The position numbers and the translations under genes were made by a program. From assembly GCA_045543655.1 (NCBI GenBank), contig JAZPXN010000060.1, positions 5,061-69,060 on the forward strand: a stretch of 64,000 bases of DNA, given 5' to 3'. Source of the stretch: Eubacteriales bacterium. Lineage in GTDB: Bacteria > Bacillota > Clostridia > Oscillospirales > UBA644. This document shows positions 54,883-63,642 of this stretch, piece by piece; positions within the stretch are counted from its first letter, which is position 1, and the number at the start of each line of letters is the position of its first letter. Below the pieces are notes generated by a model that had not been told where the DNA came from, did not search any database, and was given only the letters and a program-made list of their open reading frames with translations.

Positions 54883-54911
54883 TTGCATTTTGATACGAAA
54901 TATGGTAAAAT
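54883..54911 (+). promoter_or_regulatory. Sigma-A-type promoter located inside the IR-bounded segment, facing the TasA-like gene
   Basis: TTGCAT (54883-54888), 17 nt, TAAAAT (54906-54911) with an extended TGg. Confidence 0.6.
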
Positions 54912-54924
54912 AAAAATCGTAGAG

Positions 54925-54941
54925 TTCATACCTCTGCGAAA
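54925..54941. repeat. Right arm of the perfect 17-bp inverted repeat (candidate inverton IR-R)
   Basis: ttcatacctctgcgaaa lies between the promoter and the RBS of the 54974 gene. Confidence 0.9.
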
Positions 54942-54973
54942 TAATTTTATTCAATCCGATTAGGAGGTAAAGT

Positions 54974-57046
54974 ATGCAAAAGCACACCAAAAAAGCATTG
55001 ATGCTCAGCGTTCTTTCGTTGGTTCTCTGCGTATCCATGCTGGTCGGCACCACTTTCGCGTGGTTCACCGACTCCGTCACCACCGGAGTCAACACCATCC
55101 AGTCCGGTACTCTTGATATCGTTCTGGAATACTCCACCGACGACGGTGCAACCTGGAATAACGCCGAAGGCAAGACTCTGAATTTCCAGAAAGCCGCAGG
55201 CGCCCCCGCCAATGAAGCGATTCTTTGGGAACCCGGTTGTACCTACGCTCTGCCCATGCTCCGTCTGCGGAACAACGGCAACCTGGCTCTGAAGTACAAC
55301 TTCGTTGTCAACGGCGTTGACGGCGACGCGAAGCTTCTCGAAGCCATCGAATGGAAGATCGAGATTGCAAACAATGACCCCGTCACCCTCGCCAACTACA
55401 GCGGCACGCTTCTGACCAAGGACGCGGTTTCCGACGAACTCGTCATCATGGGTCATATGAAGGAAGAAGCCGGCAACGAATACCAGGGCCTGGAAATCAA
55501 AGGCATTGGCATCACCGTCTTTGCCACTCAGATGACCCACGAATCCGACTCCTTCAACAATCAGTACGACAAGATGGCCACCATCGACGATGAAGCTGAA
55601 CTGGCCGCCGCTCTTGCCGCAGATTACGATCTGATCGTTCTGGGCGCTGACATCGAACTGACCGAAGGTATCGTCATTCCCGCCGGCAAGACCGTCACCA
55701 TCGACCTGGCAGGCTTCGATATCAAGCAGACCAAGGCCTGTACTGCTTCTTATGAGATGATTGGAAACAACGGCACTCTGACGATCAAAGACAGCGTCGG
55801 AACCGGCAGAATCTCCTTCACCGATACCGGAGCAGGCGATCCTAACGTTGGTTGGGCAAGTTACACCATCCGCAATTCCGGAACGCTGACCGTAGAAAGC
55901 GGTATCATTGAACACCTTGGAACCCAGCCCTACAACGGGAACAACGCCATCTTCCACTACAACGGCACCACGACCATCAACGGTGGTAAGATTGAAGCTC
56001 CCTATAGCCGTTCTCTCCGCATCTGGAACGGTTCTGCCACCATCAACGGAGGCGCCTTCGACGGTCAGGTCTGGGTGCAGTCTCAGGGCAACGCAGAACT
56101 CACCATTAACGATGGGTCCTTTAAGCCCGCCACCCATGGCGGAGACTATTCCTCCGTCTTCGTAACGGTCGGAGCGAAGAATGCTTCCGTGAAGCTTGCC
56201 GGCGGCACCTACGCCACCAAGGTCGGCACCGATAAGGCAGACTCGATCGAGATCACTGGCGGTACCTATGCCGTCGATCCCACTGCATTCGTTGCTGACG
56301 GCTATATGGCTGTCGAAAATGCAAATGGTACTTATACTGTTGTAGAAATTCCTAAGGCTGCAACCACGGCGGAGCTTGAAGCAGCTATTTCCAAGGGCGG
56401 CGTAGTTCAGTTGACCGCTGACGTTGCTCTCTCCGATACTCTTATGAATACAAAGGACGTTACGATCGATCTTAACGGTCATAAGGTAGATGCCGGCTCC
56501 TCTACTTTGTTCCAGTCCCAGAGCAATGCGGCCCCCAACATAATCATCACCTCGTCCAAAGACGGTGCAGAGATCAACGTATCCGGAGGCGATACGGCGG
56601 TGCTCCTCGGATACGGTAGCACTGTGATCGAAAACGTCACGATCAATGTAACAGGCTGCGATAACTATTCTCCCAATCCTTTCAACGTGTACGGAGACCT
56701 TACTCTTGGTGAAGACACCGTTGTTAACGTTGATTACCTTGGCACCGCACTTATAAACAATAATGGCAAAGTCGCAGTCGTTATCGACGGTGCAAAGATC
56801 AACGTCGGTACCTTCAAGACGAATGGTACTGCTATAATTACTCTTAATCAAGCTTCCACTCTTGAGATCAAAGACACAGATATCGAGATAGATAATTTTG
56901 TGCTTTCTCCCTTTGGTGGCGATAGCTTGGTTTCCAAAGTAAACGGCGTTACAATTGAAGATTGCACGTTTGACGTTACCGACTCTAACGGAGCAAGCTG
57001 CACCTTCGAAGCCAAAGACGGTAAATACCGTTTGGTACAGAACTAA
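54974..57046 (+). CDS. Large secreted protein: SipW-type signal peptide + TasA/camelysin-like domain + C-terminal beta-helix-like repeat region
   Basis: The N-terminus ...LVGTTFAWFTDSVTTGVNTIQSGTLDIVLE parallels TasA (GGGTWAAFNDIKS...ASGTLDLS). Downstream are repeated GG(T/K/A)(Y/I/F) turns (INGGKIEAP, INGGAFDGQ, LAGGTYATK, ITGGTYAVD). AGGAGG RBS. Confidence 0.7.
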   Translation: MQKHTKKALMLSVLSLVLCVSMLVGTTFAWFTDSVTTGVNTIQSGTLDIVLEYSTDDGATWNNAEGKTLNFQKAAGAPANEAILWEPGCTYALPMLRLRNNGNLALKYNFVVNGVDGDAKLLEAIEWKIEIANNDPVTLANYSGTLLTKDAVSDELVIMGHMKEEAGNEYQGLEIKGIGITVFATQMTHESDSFNNQYDKMATIDDEAELAAALAADYDLIVLGADIELTEGIVIPAGKTVTIDLAGFDIKQTKACTASYEMIGNNGTLTIKDSVGTGRISFTDTGAGDPNVGWASYTIRNSGTLTVESGIIEHLGTQPYNGNNAIFHYNGTTTINGGKIEAPYSRSLRIWNGSATINGGAFDGQVWVQSQGNAELTINDGSFKPATHGGDYSSVFVTVGAKNASVKLAGGTYATKVGTDKADSIEITGGTYAVDPTAFVADGYMAVENANGTYTVVEIPKAATTAELEAAISKGGVVQLTADVALSDTLMNTKDVTIDLNGHKVDAGSSTLFQSQSNAAPNIIITSSKDGAEINVSGGDTAVLLGYGSTVIENVTINVTGCDNYSPNPFNVYGDLTLGEDTVVNVDYLGTALINNNGKVAVVIDGAKINVGTFKTNGTAIITLNQASTLEIKDTDIEIDNFVLSPFGGDSLVSKVNGVTIEDCTFDVTDSNGASCTFEAKDGKYRLVQN

Positions 57047-57212
57047 TTCTAACGGCAATAAACCCAGCCACCCAACTCCCCCCCCGGGGGAGTTGGGCGG
57101 CAGAGAAAGAGCGTGGTATGAAGGCGCTCTTTGTCTGCCGGGCGAACCCGGTATTTTGCATTTGTTTTCCGAAAGAGTTTCGTTCGGTTTCAGGGACAGA
57201 AAATCGGACGAG

Positions 57213-57250
57213 AAAAACCGCCCTTCCCGATCTGGGGAGGGCGGTTTTTT
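57213..57250. terminator. Bidirectional intrinsic terminator
   Basis: 11-bp GC-rich stem (57218-57228 / 57234-57244, one G-U pair) flanked by A5 and T6. Confidence 0.8.
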
Positions 57251-57273
57251 GCGCATTTTTCAAGGATTTAAGC

Positions 57274-57714
57274 TTATTCGACGGTAACCACGCCGTCGGC
57301 GGAGACGGTAATCTTGTCGCCGGTTTTGACGGCTTCCAGGAATTCATCCCCCAGGTTATCGATGGTAGGCATGGGATTTTCCGACCAGACGGCAGACAGC
57401 ACGGCGCCGGCGGCGGCCAAAGAATCGATGGGCTTGGAGAAGAGCAGGCAGGCGGGATTGCGCCCCATAGAATTGGCGCAATAAAGCACCAGCCCGCCGG
57501 TGGTGGATCCGATGGTCATGGGCAGGCACAGCGCCTTACCGGCCATGACCTGACCGTAAAGATCGGGGTTGTTCTGATCGGCGCATTTTGCGGTCTTATC
57601 TCCGAACAGGAGGCTCTTCTGGAACGAAGCAAGGGTATTGAATCCGCCGTGGGATACTAAGGCTTCCGCCTCGCAGGTGCCGGCAACGACGACACGGCCT
57701 TGGAAGGTTTTCAT
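57274..57714 (-). CDS. Aconitase X swivel-domain subunit (DUF126)
   Basis: 146 aa. G(R)VVVAG.CEAEALVS...F and PMTIGSTTG are typical of AcnX small subunits. It lies adjacent to the DUF521 gene. Confidence 0.7.
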   Translation of the reverse strand: MKTFQGRVVVAGTCEAEALVSHGGFNTLASFQKSLLFGDKTAKCADQNNPDLYGQVMAGKALCLPMTIGSTTGGLVLYCANSMGRNPACLLFSKPIDSLAAAGAVLSAVWSENPMPTIDNLGDEFLEAVKTGDKITVSADGVVTVE

Positions 57715-59004
57715 TTATTTGACCTCCTTCGTGATGATATTGAGGATCTCTTCGTCGGTATAATACCGGGAAGTGGTGTAAGTACGCAATTTATTGGAGT
57801 TGGTAATGACCGGTTTTTTACCGCAGAGGGGATTATTCATATACATGAGGGGGCAGATATAGCTGAGCACCACGCCGGTTTCCTTCAGCTTTTCGGCGGC
57901 GGGGGTGGCGTTAAAGGCCTGAACCACGGCGGGGGCGGCGGTGAAGACCGTAGGAACGGAAACCTTCTTCCGTCCGCTGGCGGCAAGGCCGGCGACCACT
58001 TTTTCGGTCCAGTCGTTCAACTCGGCCATGGTCAGATGGGGGCATCCGATGAAGCAAAGCTTGGGGGTGGCGGCGGGATCCTTCCAGATGACGGGATAAT
58101 TGGCCTTGACCCGTTCCAGCTCCGCATCGTCAATGACGTAGACCTTGGCGTTCTCGTTGATAAGATCTTCGCCCATTTCCACGGCTTCGGGAGTCAGCCC
58201 GTCGATATGATAGAGCCCCACGGCCCCGTTGGATGCGGTAGCGGCGCCGAAGTTCTTCAGATACGCCTTAGCGTCGTCGTTCAGCTCGTTGCCGATCCAC
58301 TTCGTCAATCCCTTGACGTAAGGAACGTCTTCCATGACCTTCATGCCGATGGCAGAGCCGAGCAGCTGAGCTTCGGGCTTCCCCGTGGTCTGAATATCGA
58401 TGATCCAATTGGCCTTCCGCCCCTCGTCGGTCAAAAGACCGAAATAGGGAACGTAGCCGATAATAGAGCCAAAGAGATCGATGATGCCGGAATTGCGGTT
58501 ACAACGGGCGCCCAACACGGAATTGGCGTAGACCACGGCGCTGGATTCGGCCCAGGAGAGAATATCCCCCTTCTTGGGAGTATTGCCCACCTCCTCCAGA
58601 TAGCAGGTACAGGTATAAGCGTCGCTGCCCTCGATGCCCATTTTGCGAAGCTGTTCGTCGTAGGGCTTCTGCGCGGAATACATGATCGCCTTGAAGACGA
58701 TATCCTCAATAAGATTGGAGGGGACGTTTTTATCCATGGGCTTGGGGTCTACGGTAAAGGCCTGCTTGGAGACGGTACCGGATTCGATCAGCTGATCCAT
58801 CAGCGCAAAGACCGGCTTCATCACGCCGAAGCCGAAGCTGGTGACCAGATGGCCCTTCTCCCCGGTGACGGGAACCATTTTTTCCGCCCCGAAGGTTTCT
58901 CCGTAGAGAACGAGGGTCTTCATGACCTTTGCGGCGGTTTCGCCCTGCTTGCCTTCCAGAATATCGATCTGTTCCGGCGTCAGCTGCATTTTGTATTCAG
59001 ACAT
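57715..59004 (-). CDS. Aconitase X catalytic subunit (DUF521)
   Basis: MQLTPEQIDILEGKQGETAAKVMKTLVLYGETFGAEKMVPV is a typical AcnX large-subunit N-terminus. 429 aa. Confidence 0.7.
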   Translation of the reverse strand: MSEYKMQLTPEQIDILEGKQGETAAKVMKTLVLYGETFGAEKMVPVTGEKGHLVTSFGFGVMKPVFALMDQLIESGTVSKQAFTVDPKPMDKNVPSNLIEDIVFKAIMYSAQKPYDEQLRKMGIEGSDAYTCTCYLEEVGNTPKKGDILSWAESSAVVYANSVLGARCNRNSGIIDLFGSIIGYVPYFGLLTDEGRKANWIIDIQTTGKPEAQLLGSAIGMKVMEDVPYVKGLTKWIGNELNDDAKAYLKNFGAATASNGAVGLYHIDGLTPEAVEMGEDLINENAKVYVIDDAELERVKANYPVIWKDPAATPKLCFIGCPHLTMAELNDWTEKVVAGLAASGRKKVSVPTVFTAAPAVVQAFNATPAAEKLKETGVVLSYICPLMYMNNPLCGKKPVITNSNKLRTYTTSRYYTDEEILNIITKEVK

Positions 59005-59062
59005 AGCGTTCTTCCTTTCCGAACTTTATATTTTGAAAAAGGTTGACTTATCAACGTTTATT

Positions 59063-59091
59063 ATTATACCACATATTTCCCTGCTTGTCAA
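59063..59091 (-). promoter_or_regulatory. Consensus sigma-A promoter of the AcnX genes
   Basis: On the minus strand: TTGACA, 17 nt, TATAAT with an extended TGg. The palindrome GTTGA-CTTA-TCAAC (59042-59055) lies just downstream. Confidence 0.7.
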
Positions 59092-59150
59092 GGAAAAGAG
59101 CCGCAAAAAACCGAACCTTCCTTAAAAATAAGGAAAGTCCGGTTTTGGGA

Positions 59151-59783
59151 TCAATGCAATTCCGCCCGGGGCAGATTCCATCGGAAATGGGCGGCAAGGG
59201 TGCGCAAAACCACCACGGACGCGGCGCCGGAGATCATCGACCACATCCCGCCGATCAGCCCCCACAGCACCACGCAGATCACGGCCCCTACCAAAGAGGC
59301 GCAGGCGTAGATATGCTTGACGAAAATATAGGGAGTCTGCCCGGCCAGGATATCCCGCAGGACCCCGCCGCCCACGCCGGTGATCACACCCACGAAGATC
59401 AGCAGAAAGAAGCCGTCGTGCCCCGCGTCGTAAGCGGTGCGGACCCCTACCACGGTAAAAATCCCCAGTCCCAGGGAATCCATCCCCAGAAGAAGGTGAT
59501 CGTAAAAATTCTGAAACCGGTCGAACAACCGACGAACGAAGGGCAGAAACACGATCAGCGACACCGCCACGGCCACAAGAGCGTAGACCGGACTCTGAAA
59601 CGTAGCAGGCGGCGTATTGCCCAAAACCAAGTCCCGGATCACACCCCCGCCCACGGCGGTAACGAGGCCCAGAATGCAGACCCCGAAAATATCCATTCCC
59701 TTTCTCAGTCCCACCATGGCTCCGGAAACGGCAAAGGCCACGGTGCCGATGATCTCAACGACCAGCAGCAAGCGTTCCGTCAT
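59151..59783 (-). CDS. Trimeric intracellular cation channel (TRIC / UPF0126, YadS-like) membrane protein
   Basis: Two internal repeats with glycine-rich helices (VTAVGGGVIRDLVLG and ITGVGGGVLRDILAG). Confidence 0.75.
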   Translation of the reverse strand: MTERLLLVVEIIGTVAFAVSGAMVGLRKGMDIFGVCILGLVTAVGGGVIRDLVLGNTPPATFQSPVYALVAVAVSLIVFLPFVRRLFDRFQNFYDHLLLGMDSLGLGIFTVVGVRTAYDAGHDGFFLLIFVGVITGVGGGVLRDILAGQTPYIFVKHIYACASLVGAVICVVLWGLIGGMWSMISGAASVVVLRTLAAHFRWNLPRAELH

Positions 59784-59789
59784 GACCGA

Positions 59790-61715
59790 TCACTTCTCCT
59801 CGGAGGCCATCTTCATCTCGTCGGAAGAATCCGCCTTGCGGTTTACCTCCTCGGGGTCGACGAAGGTGGGGACGGTCTTCTTGATCACGTCTCGGATCTT
59901 GTCGGCCTTGAGATCCTTTTTGGAAGCCTCTACGGCCTCAAGAAGCAGCCTGATCTTCTCGTCCACCGCTTCCCGGGCAAGAGGCGTATCTTTTTCGATA
60001 AAGATCATCTTGTCTTCCGTTTCCAGCTGATTTTCGTTCTTCATCAGCAGCTCCTCGTAGAGCTTTTCGCCGGGACGGAGACCGATCTCCTCGATCATGA
60101 TATCCTTGTTGGGCTCGTAGCCCATAAGACGGATCATATTCACCGCAAGATCGTAAATCTTCACGGGACGCCCCATATTCAGCACGAACAGCTCTCCCCG
60201 CTTGGCCAGAGTCCCGGCCTTCATCACCAGCTGGCTGGCTTCGGGGATGGTCATGAAATAACGGATAATATTCTTATCGGTAATGGTGACGGGGCCGCCG
60301 TTCTGAATCTGCCGCTTAAAGAGGGGAATGACGGAGCCGTTGGAGCCAAGAACGTTGCCGAAACGGACGGCGGTAAAGCAGGTGTTGCTGTCGGTACGGC
60401 ACTGAACGATCATTTCGCAAAGCCGCTTGGACGCCCCCATGATATTGGTAGGATTGACGGCCTTGTCGGTGGAAATGAGGACGAAGCGCCCAACGCCGTA
60501 TTTTTCAGCCATATCCGCGGTATTATAAGTGCCCATAACGTTATTTTTGATCGCCTCGCAACCGCTATGCTCCATCAAAGGAACGTGCTTATGAGCGGCG
60601 GCGTGGAAGACCACGTCGGGACGGTAATTATCGAAAATACACTCCAGCCGATCCCGGTCCCGGACGGAGCCGATCTCCACGGCAAGATCCAGTTTTTCGC
60701 CGTAATTGCGAATCAACTCCTGCTGGATGTCGTAGGCGTTATTTTCGTAAATATCGAAAATAATCAGCTTTTTCGGCTGGCATTTGGCAATCTGGCGGCA
60801 CAGCTCACTGCCGATGGAGCCGCCGCCTCCGGTGACGAGGATGGTTTTGCCACGATACAGATTCTCCGACGAATCAAACTGCAGGGGCTTACGGAACAGC
60901 AGGTCCTCGATAGAGAATTCACGGATGACGCGGCTGACGTTTCCGCCGGCGCTCCGGGTCTTTTCCTGAACGGGGAGATCGTAAACCTTGACGCGGCATC
61001 CAAGCTCGCTGTACCGCCGGAAGATCTCGTTCACCTGATCCTCCTCCTGGGCAACGGCGATGATCACTTCCTGAATATCGTACTCGGAAAAAACCTTTTT
61101 CGCATCGTTTTCCCCGTAGACGGGGATGCCGCAAAGGGAACTGCCGATCTTGGATTTATCCACGTCCACAAAGCACATGGGAACGTAATTGGAAGAAGCG
61201 TTTCCCTGCAGCTCGTTGGCCAGAAACGCCCCCAGCTGGCCGGCGCCGATGATGGCAACCCGAACCCGGTCGGTCAGCTTGCGGTGATTTTTCTTCCGGC
61301 TGTGCTTGTAATACAAACGGTAGGAAAAGCGGGCGCCCAGCGAAGCCAGACAGGCCACGGAGGCCACCGTCATATAATACAGAACGCCTATGGAAAGGCT
61401 CAGACACCGGGCAACGCCCCAGGCAAAGAGGCAAGCCAGCGCATCGGAGACGATGGTCAGAAGATAGGCCCGGGTATTGGCAAAGCGCCAGATATTCCGG
61501 TAATTCCCCGCAATGACCCGAAAGAGAATGGTGACGAAGATCACCAGCACGGCGTTAAACAGATACACGTGCAGCCCACCGGTAGAGGGAATACTTTCCG
61601 CAAAGAAGGTCAGCAGAAAATAAGCCGCGTTGACCAGCAGACAAAAGGCCGTGTCAATCAGCGCCAGCACGAAGCTGCGACTCTTTGCGCTCAAAGGCTT
61701 ATTGAACTTACTCAA
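59790..61715 (-). CDS. Polysaccharide biosynthesis protein CapD-like (membrane-anchored NDP-sugar 4,6-dehydratase/epimerase)
   Basis: Four N-terminal TM helices, then Rossmann motifs IIGAGQLG and VTGGGGSIGSE, and HAAAHKHVP. The TTG start lies 9 nt after AGGAG. Confidence 0.8.
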   Translation of the reverse strand: MSKFNKPLSAKSRSFVLALIDTAFCLLVNAAYFLLTFFAESIPSTGGLHVYLFNAVLVIFVTILFRVIAGNYRNIWRFANTRAYLLTIVSDALACLFAWGVARCLSLSIGVLYYMTVASVACLASLGARFSYRLYYKHSRKKNHRKLTDRVRVAIIGAGQLGAFLANELQGNASSNYVPMCFVDVDKSKIGSSLCGIPVYGENDAKKVFSEYDIQEVIIAVAQEEDQVNEIFRRYSELGCRVKVYDLPVQEKTRSAGGNVSRVIREFSIEDLLFRKPLQFDSSENLYRGKTILVTGGGGSIGSELCRQIAKCQPKKLIIFDIYENNAYDIQQELIRNYGEKLDLAVEIGSVRDRDRLECIFDNYRPDVVFHAAAHKHVPLMEHSGCEAIKNNVMGTYNTADMAEKYGVGRFVLISTDKAVNPTNIMGASKRLCEMIVQCRTDSNTCFTAVRFGNVLGSNGSVIPLFKRQIQNGGPVTITDKNIIRYFMTIPEASQLVMKAGTLAKRGELFVLNMGRPVKIYDLAVNMIRLMGYEPNKDIMIEEIGLRPGEKLYEELLMKNENQLETEDKMIFIEKDTPLAREAVDEKIRLLLEAVEASKKDLKADKIRDVIKKTVPTFVDPEEVNRKADSSDEMKMASEEK

Positions 61716-61753
61716 GAATGATCACTCCTATAATAGAATGAATTGATTACGAA

Positions 61754-63277
61754 TCAACCGCGGGACAGAAGCCCCTTGATACGCGCCACCCAGGCTTTTC
61801 CTTCCCGGGGCTCCAGCAGTAGGTTCACGCCACCGAAGACGACGCAGGAAACCACGCCGAAGGCCAAGGCGCACAAAAGCCAGGTCATCCAGCCGGTCAT
61901 GACCTGAGGAATCAGCAAAACACCGCCGGTGATGAGAACCGCCGCCGCAACGACGTTGACGGCAATGCGCTTCAGGGTCTTTTTCAAGGTTCCCGGAACG
62001 AAGCGCTTAGCGGAATAGAGAATCACGTCGGTGGTACGGTAGAGATAAGACACCAACATCCCGATGACCACCCCGGCCACCCCCAAGGGACGGACGAGAA
62101 TCAGGGAAACCACCAGGTTGATGGCCGCCTCCAGAATGGCTCTCCATTGGGTCTGCTTATAATGCCCGGCGGCGAGGATGAGGGTGTTGGCCGGCTGCCG
62201 GAGGCATTGAACCAACCCAACCGCCGTAAACAAAACGACCAGCTCCCACCGCAGATAAACCACGCCGTCGGTGAAGCTCATACTGTAGAGGGAGACGAAG
62301 GGATGGAACAGGACCGCCATACAGGAGTAGGCGATAAAGATCAGAACGAAGAAGAGGAACTCAAAATTGCTGAAGCTGGCCCGCAGTACGTCCTTTTCGT
62401 CCTTCGAAATCACTTCCCCGAAGCCGGAGCCGAGGGACGAAGTAATGGATTGCATCAAGGATTGCAGCGAAACGGCAACCATACTGTAAACGCCGTAGAC
62501 GCTGACCTGAGCCAGGGCATCCCCCGTAAGACACAGCGTAAGGAGAACCACCGCAAGATTATTGACGATCAGCGCTACCACCTGATGGAGCAAGGCCGCC
62601 CACCGCTGGCCGAAGGACTTGTAATCCGGTTCCGCCCGAAAGGAAATATTCTTATAGTGCTTTTTGGCGTAAGCCCACACGATCAGACTTCGCAAAATAT
62701 AAACCACTGCGGTGACCGATTTTACCGCAAGTGCGGAGGCGTTCATCTCCATCAGCACGATAGAAACGACCAAGGTCACCACCACGCCCAAAATCTGGGC
62801 GGCGGAGATCACGTATCCCCGCTGATCCGCAGTAAGAAGCACCCGGTATTTTCCAAGGAAGAAATAGTCCACAACGCCGCTGACCGACAGGACCACGATC
62901 ATCCAGCGGACAAAGCCGGAATCGTTGATTTCTTCCGTGACGGCGTAGGGATACAGCAACACCAATCCCGCAACCAGCGCAACGAAAATCATGCCGGAAC
63001 GGATATAAAACTTCTTTGCGGCGGTAACGATACGGCTGACGGACAGATCGTCCTTATCAGCCAACGGTCTATAGAGCGCCACGGCCCCGGCAGCCCCGAT
63101 CCCCGCTTCCACCAGAGTCATATAGGTAATGAACTGGGATATGGAGGTCACCAGTCCATTTACCGCAGAGCCGTACAATTCAATAAAGAATCGAGGCAAC
63201 AAAAGCCCGGACACGGCGGTGACCACCTGCAGAAGCAGGCTAAAGATCACGTTTTTCAACGCTTGTTTCGTTCTCAC
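61754..63277 (-). CDS. Wzx-like oligosaccharide flippase (MOP superfamily)
   Basis: About 12-14 TM helices, polysaccharide-locus context, GTG start after AAGAAGG. Confidence 0.7.
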   Translation of the reverse strand: MRTKQALKNVIFSLLLQVVTAVSGLLLPRFFIELYGSAVNGLVTSISQFITYMTLVEAGIGAAGAVALYRPLADKDDLSVSRIVTAAKKFYIRSGMIFVALVAGLVLLYPYAVTEEINDSGFVRWMIVVLSVSGVVDYFFLGKYRVLLTADQRGYVISAAQILGVVVTLVVSIVLMEMNASALAVKSVTAVVYILRSLIVWAYAKKHYKNISFRAEPDYKSFGQRWAALLHQVVALIVNNLAVVLLTLCLTGDALAQVSVYGVYSMVAVSLQSLMQSITSSLGSGFGEVISKDEKDVLRASFSNFEFLFFVLIFIAYSCMAVLFHPFVSLYSMSFTDGVVYLRWELVVLFTAVGLVQCLRQPANTLILAAGHYKQTQWRAILEAAINLVVSLILVRPLGVAGVVIGMLVSYLYRTTDVILYSAKRFVPGTLKKTLKRIAVNVVAAAVLITGGVLLIPQVMTGWMTWLLCALAFGVVSCVVFGGVNLLLEPREGKAWVARIKGLLSRG

Positions 63278-63290
63278 GATGTAACCTTCT

Positions 63291-63629
63291 TTATTTCACG
63301 GCGACGACGCCCAGAACGTTCACGTTCTGAACCCGCATCATATCCAGCGCTTCGTCCAGATGCCGATGGACGGAAACGCCGTAGCGCTCCAAAAACAGTA
63401 CGGTCCCGCAAGTATCGCAGGCGGTAACCGATTCCATCCGGCGAAGCAAATTGGGACAGACCGACAATTTTACGGCACCGTCGCAGGCTTCCGCCAGAGC
63501 GTCGGCAAAGATCTTCAGATCCTTTTCGGATACGGACACGGATGCCACCGCCAAGGAAGAAATCTCTTTTTCCCGCAGAAGGCGAGCAACCTGCTTTGCG
63601 TTGAATTCAACGGAATATTTTACGTTCAT
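63291..63629 (-). CDS. Short CpsD/BY-kinase-like protein lacking Walker motifs (degenerate)
   Basis: It sits where CpsD follows CpsC. VSEKDLKIFADALAEA replaces P-loop xGEGKS(T)xxxNLA, KLSVCPNLLRR replaces VLLVDADLRRP, and the C-terminus NVLGVVAVK resembles ILGVVLN. AAGGAGG RBS. Confidence 0.4.
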   Translation of the reverse strand: MNVKYSVEFNAKQVARLLREKEISSLAVASVSVSEKDLKIFADALAEACDGAVKLSVCPNLLRRMESVTACDTCGTVLFLERYGVSVHRHLDEALDMMRVQNVNVLGVVAVK

Positions 63630-63642
63630 CTCGGTTTCCTCC

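Noticed and set aside
57071-57097. A GC-rich hairpin cccaactcccc/ggggagttggg just after the TasA-like gene, as a terminator
   Set aside because: It lacks a downstream U-tract. The strong bidirectional terminator at 57213-57250 is the more likely transcript end. The hairpin may merely stabilise the 3' UTR, so I did not list it as a feature.
54947-57256. A 769-aa minus-strand ORF opposite the TasA-like gene
   Set aside because: The plus-strand frame has a signal peptide, an AGGAGG RBS and a TasA-like N-terminus. The minus-strand ORF would run through the bidirectional terminator and the promoter/IR region.
59043-61721. An 892-aa plus-strand ORF opposite the TRIC and CapD-like genes (similar cases at 48787-51003, 27614-29284, 24606-26186, 36197-37879 and 34261-35673)
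   Set aside because: All of these are antisense to genes with clear family motifs (Rossmann GxGxxG, ABC NBD motifs, PotD). All have the same G/H/D/Q/L-rich shadow composition.
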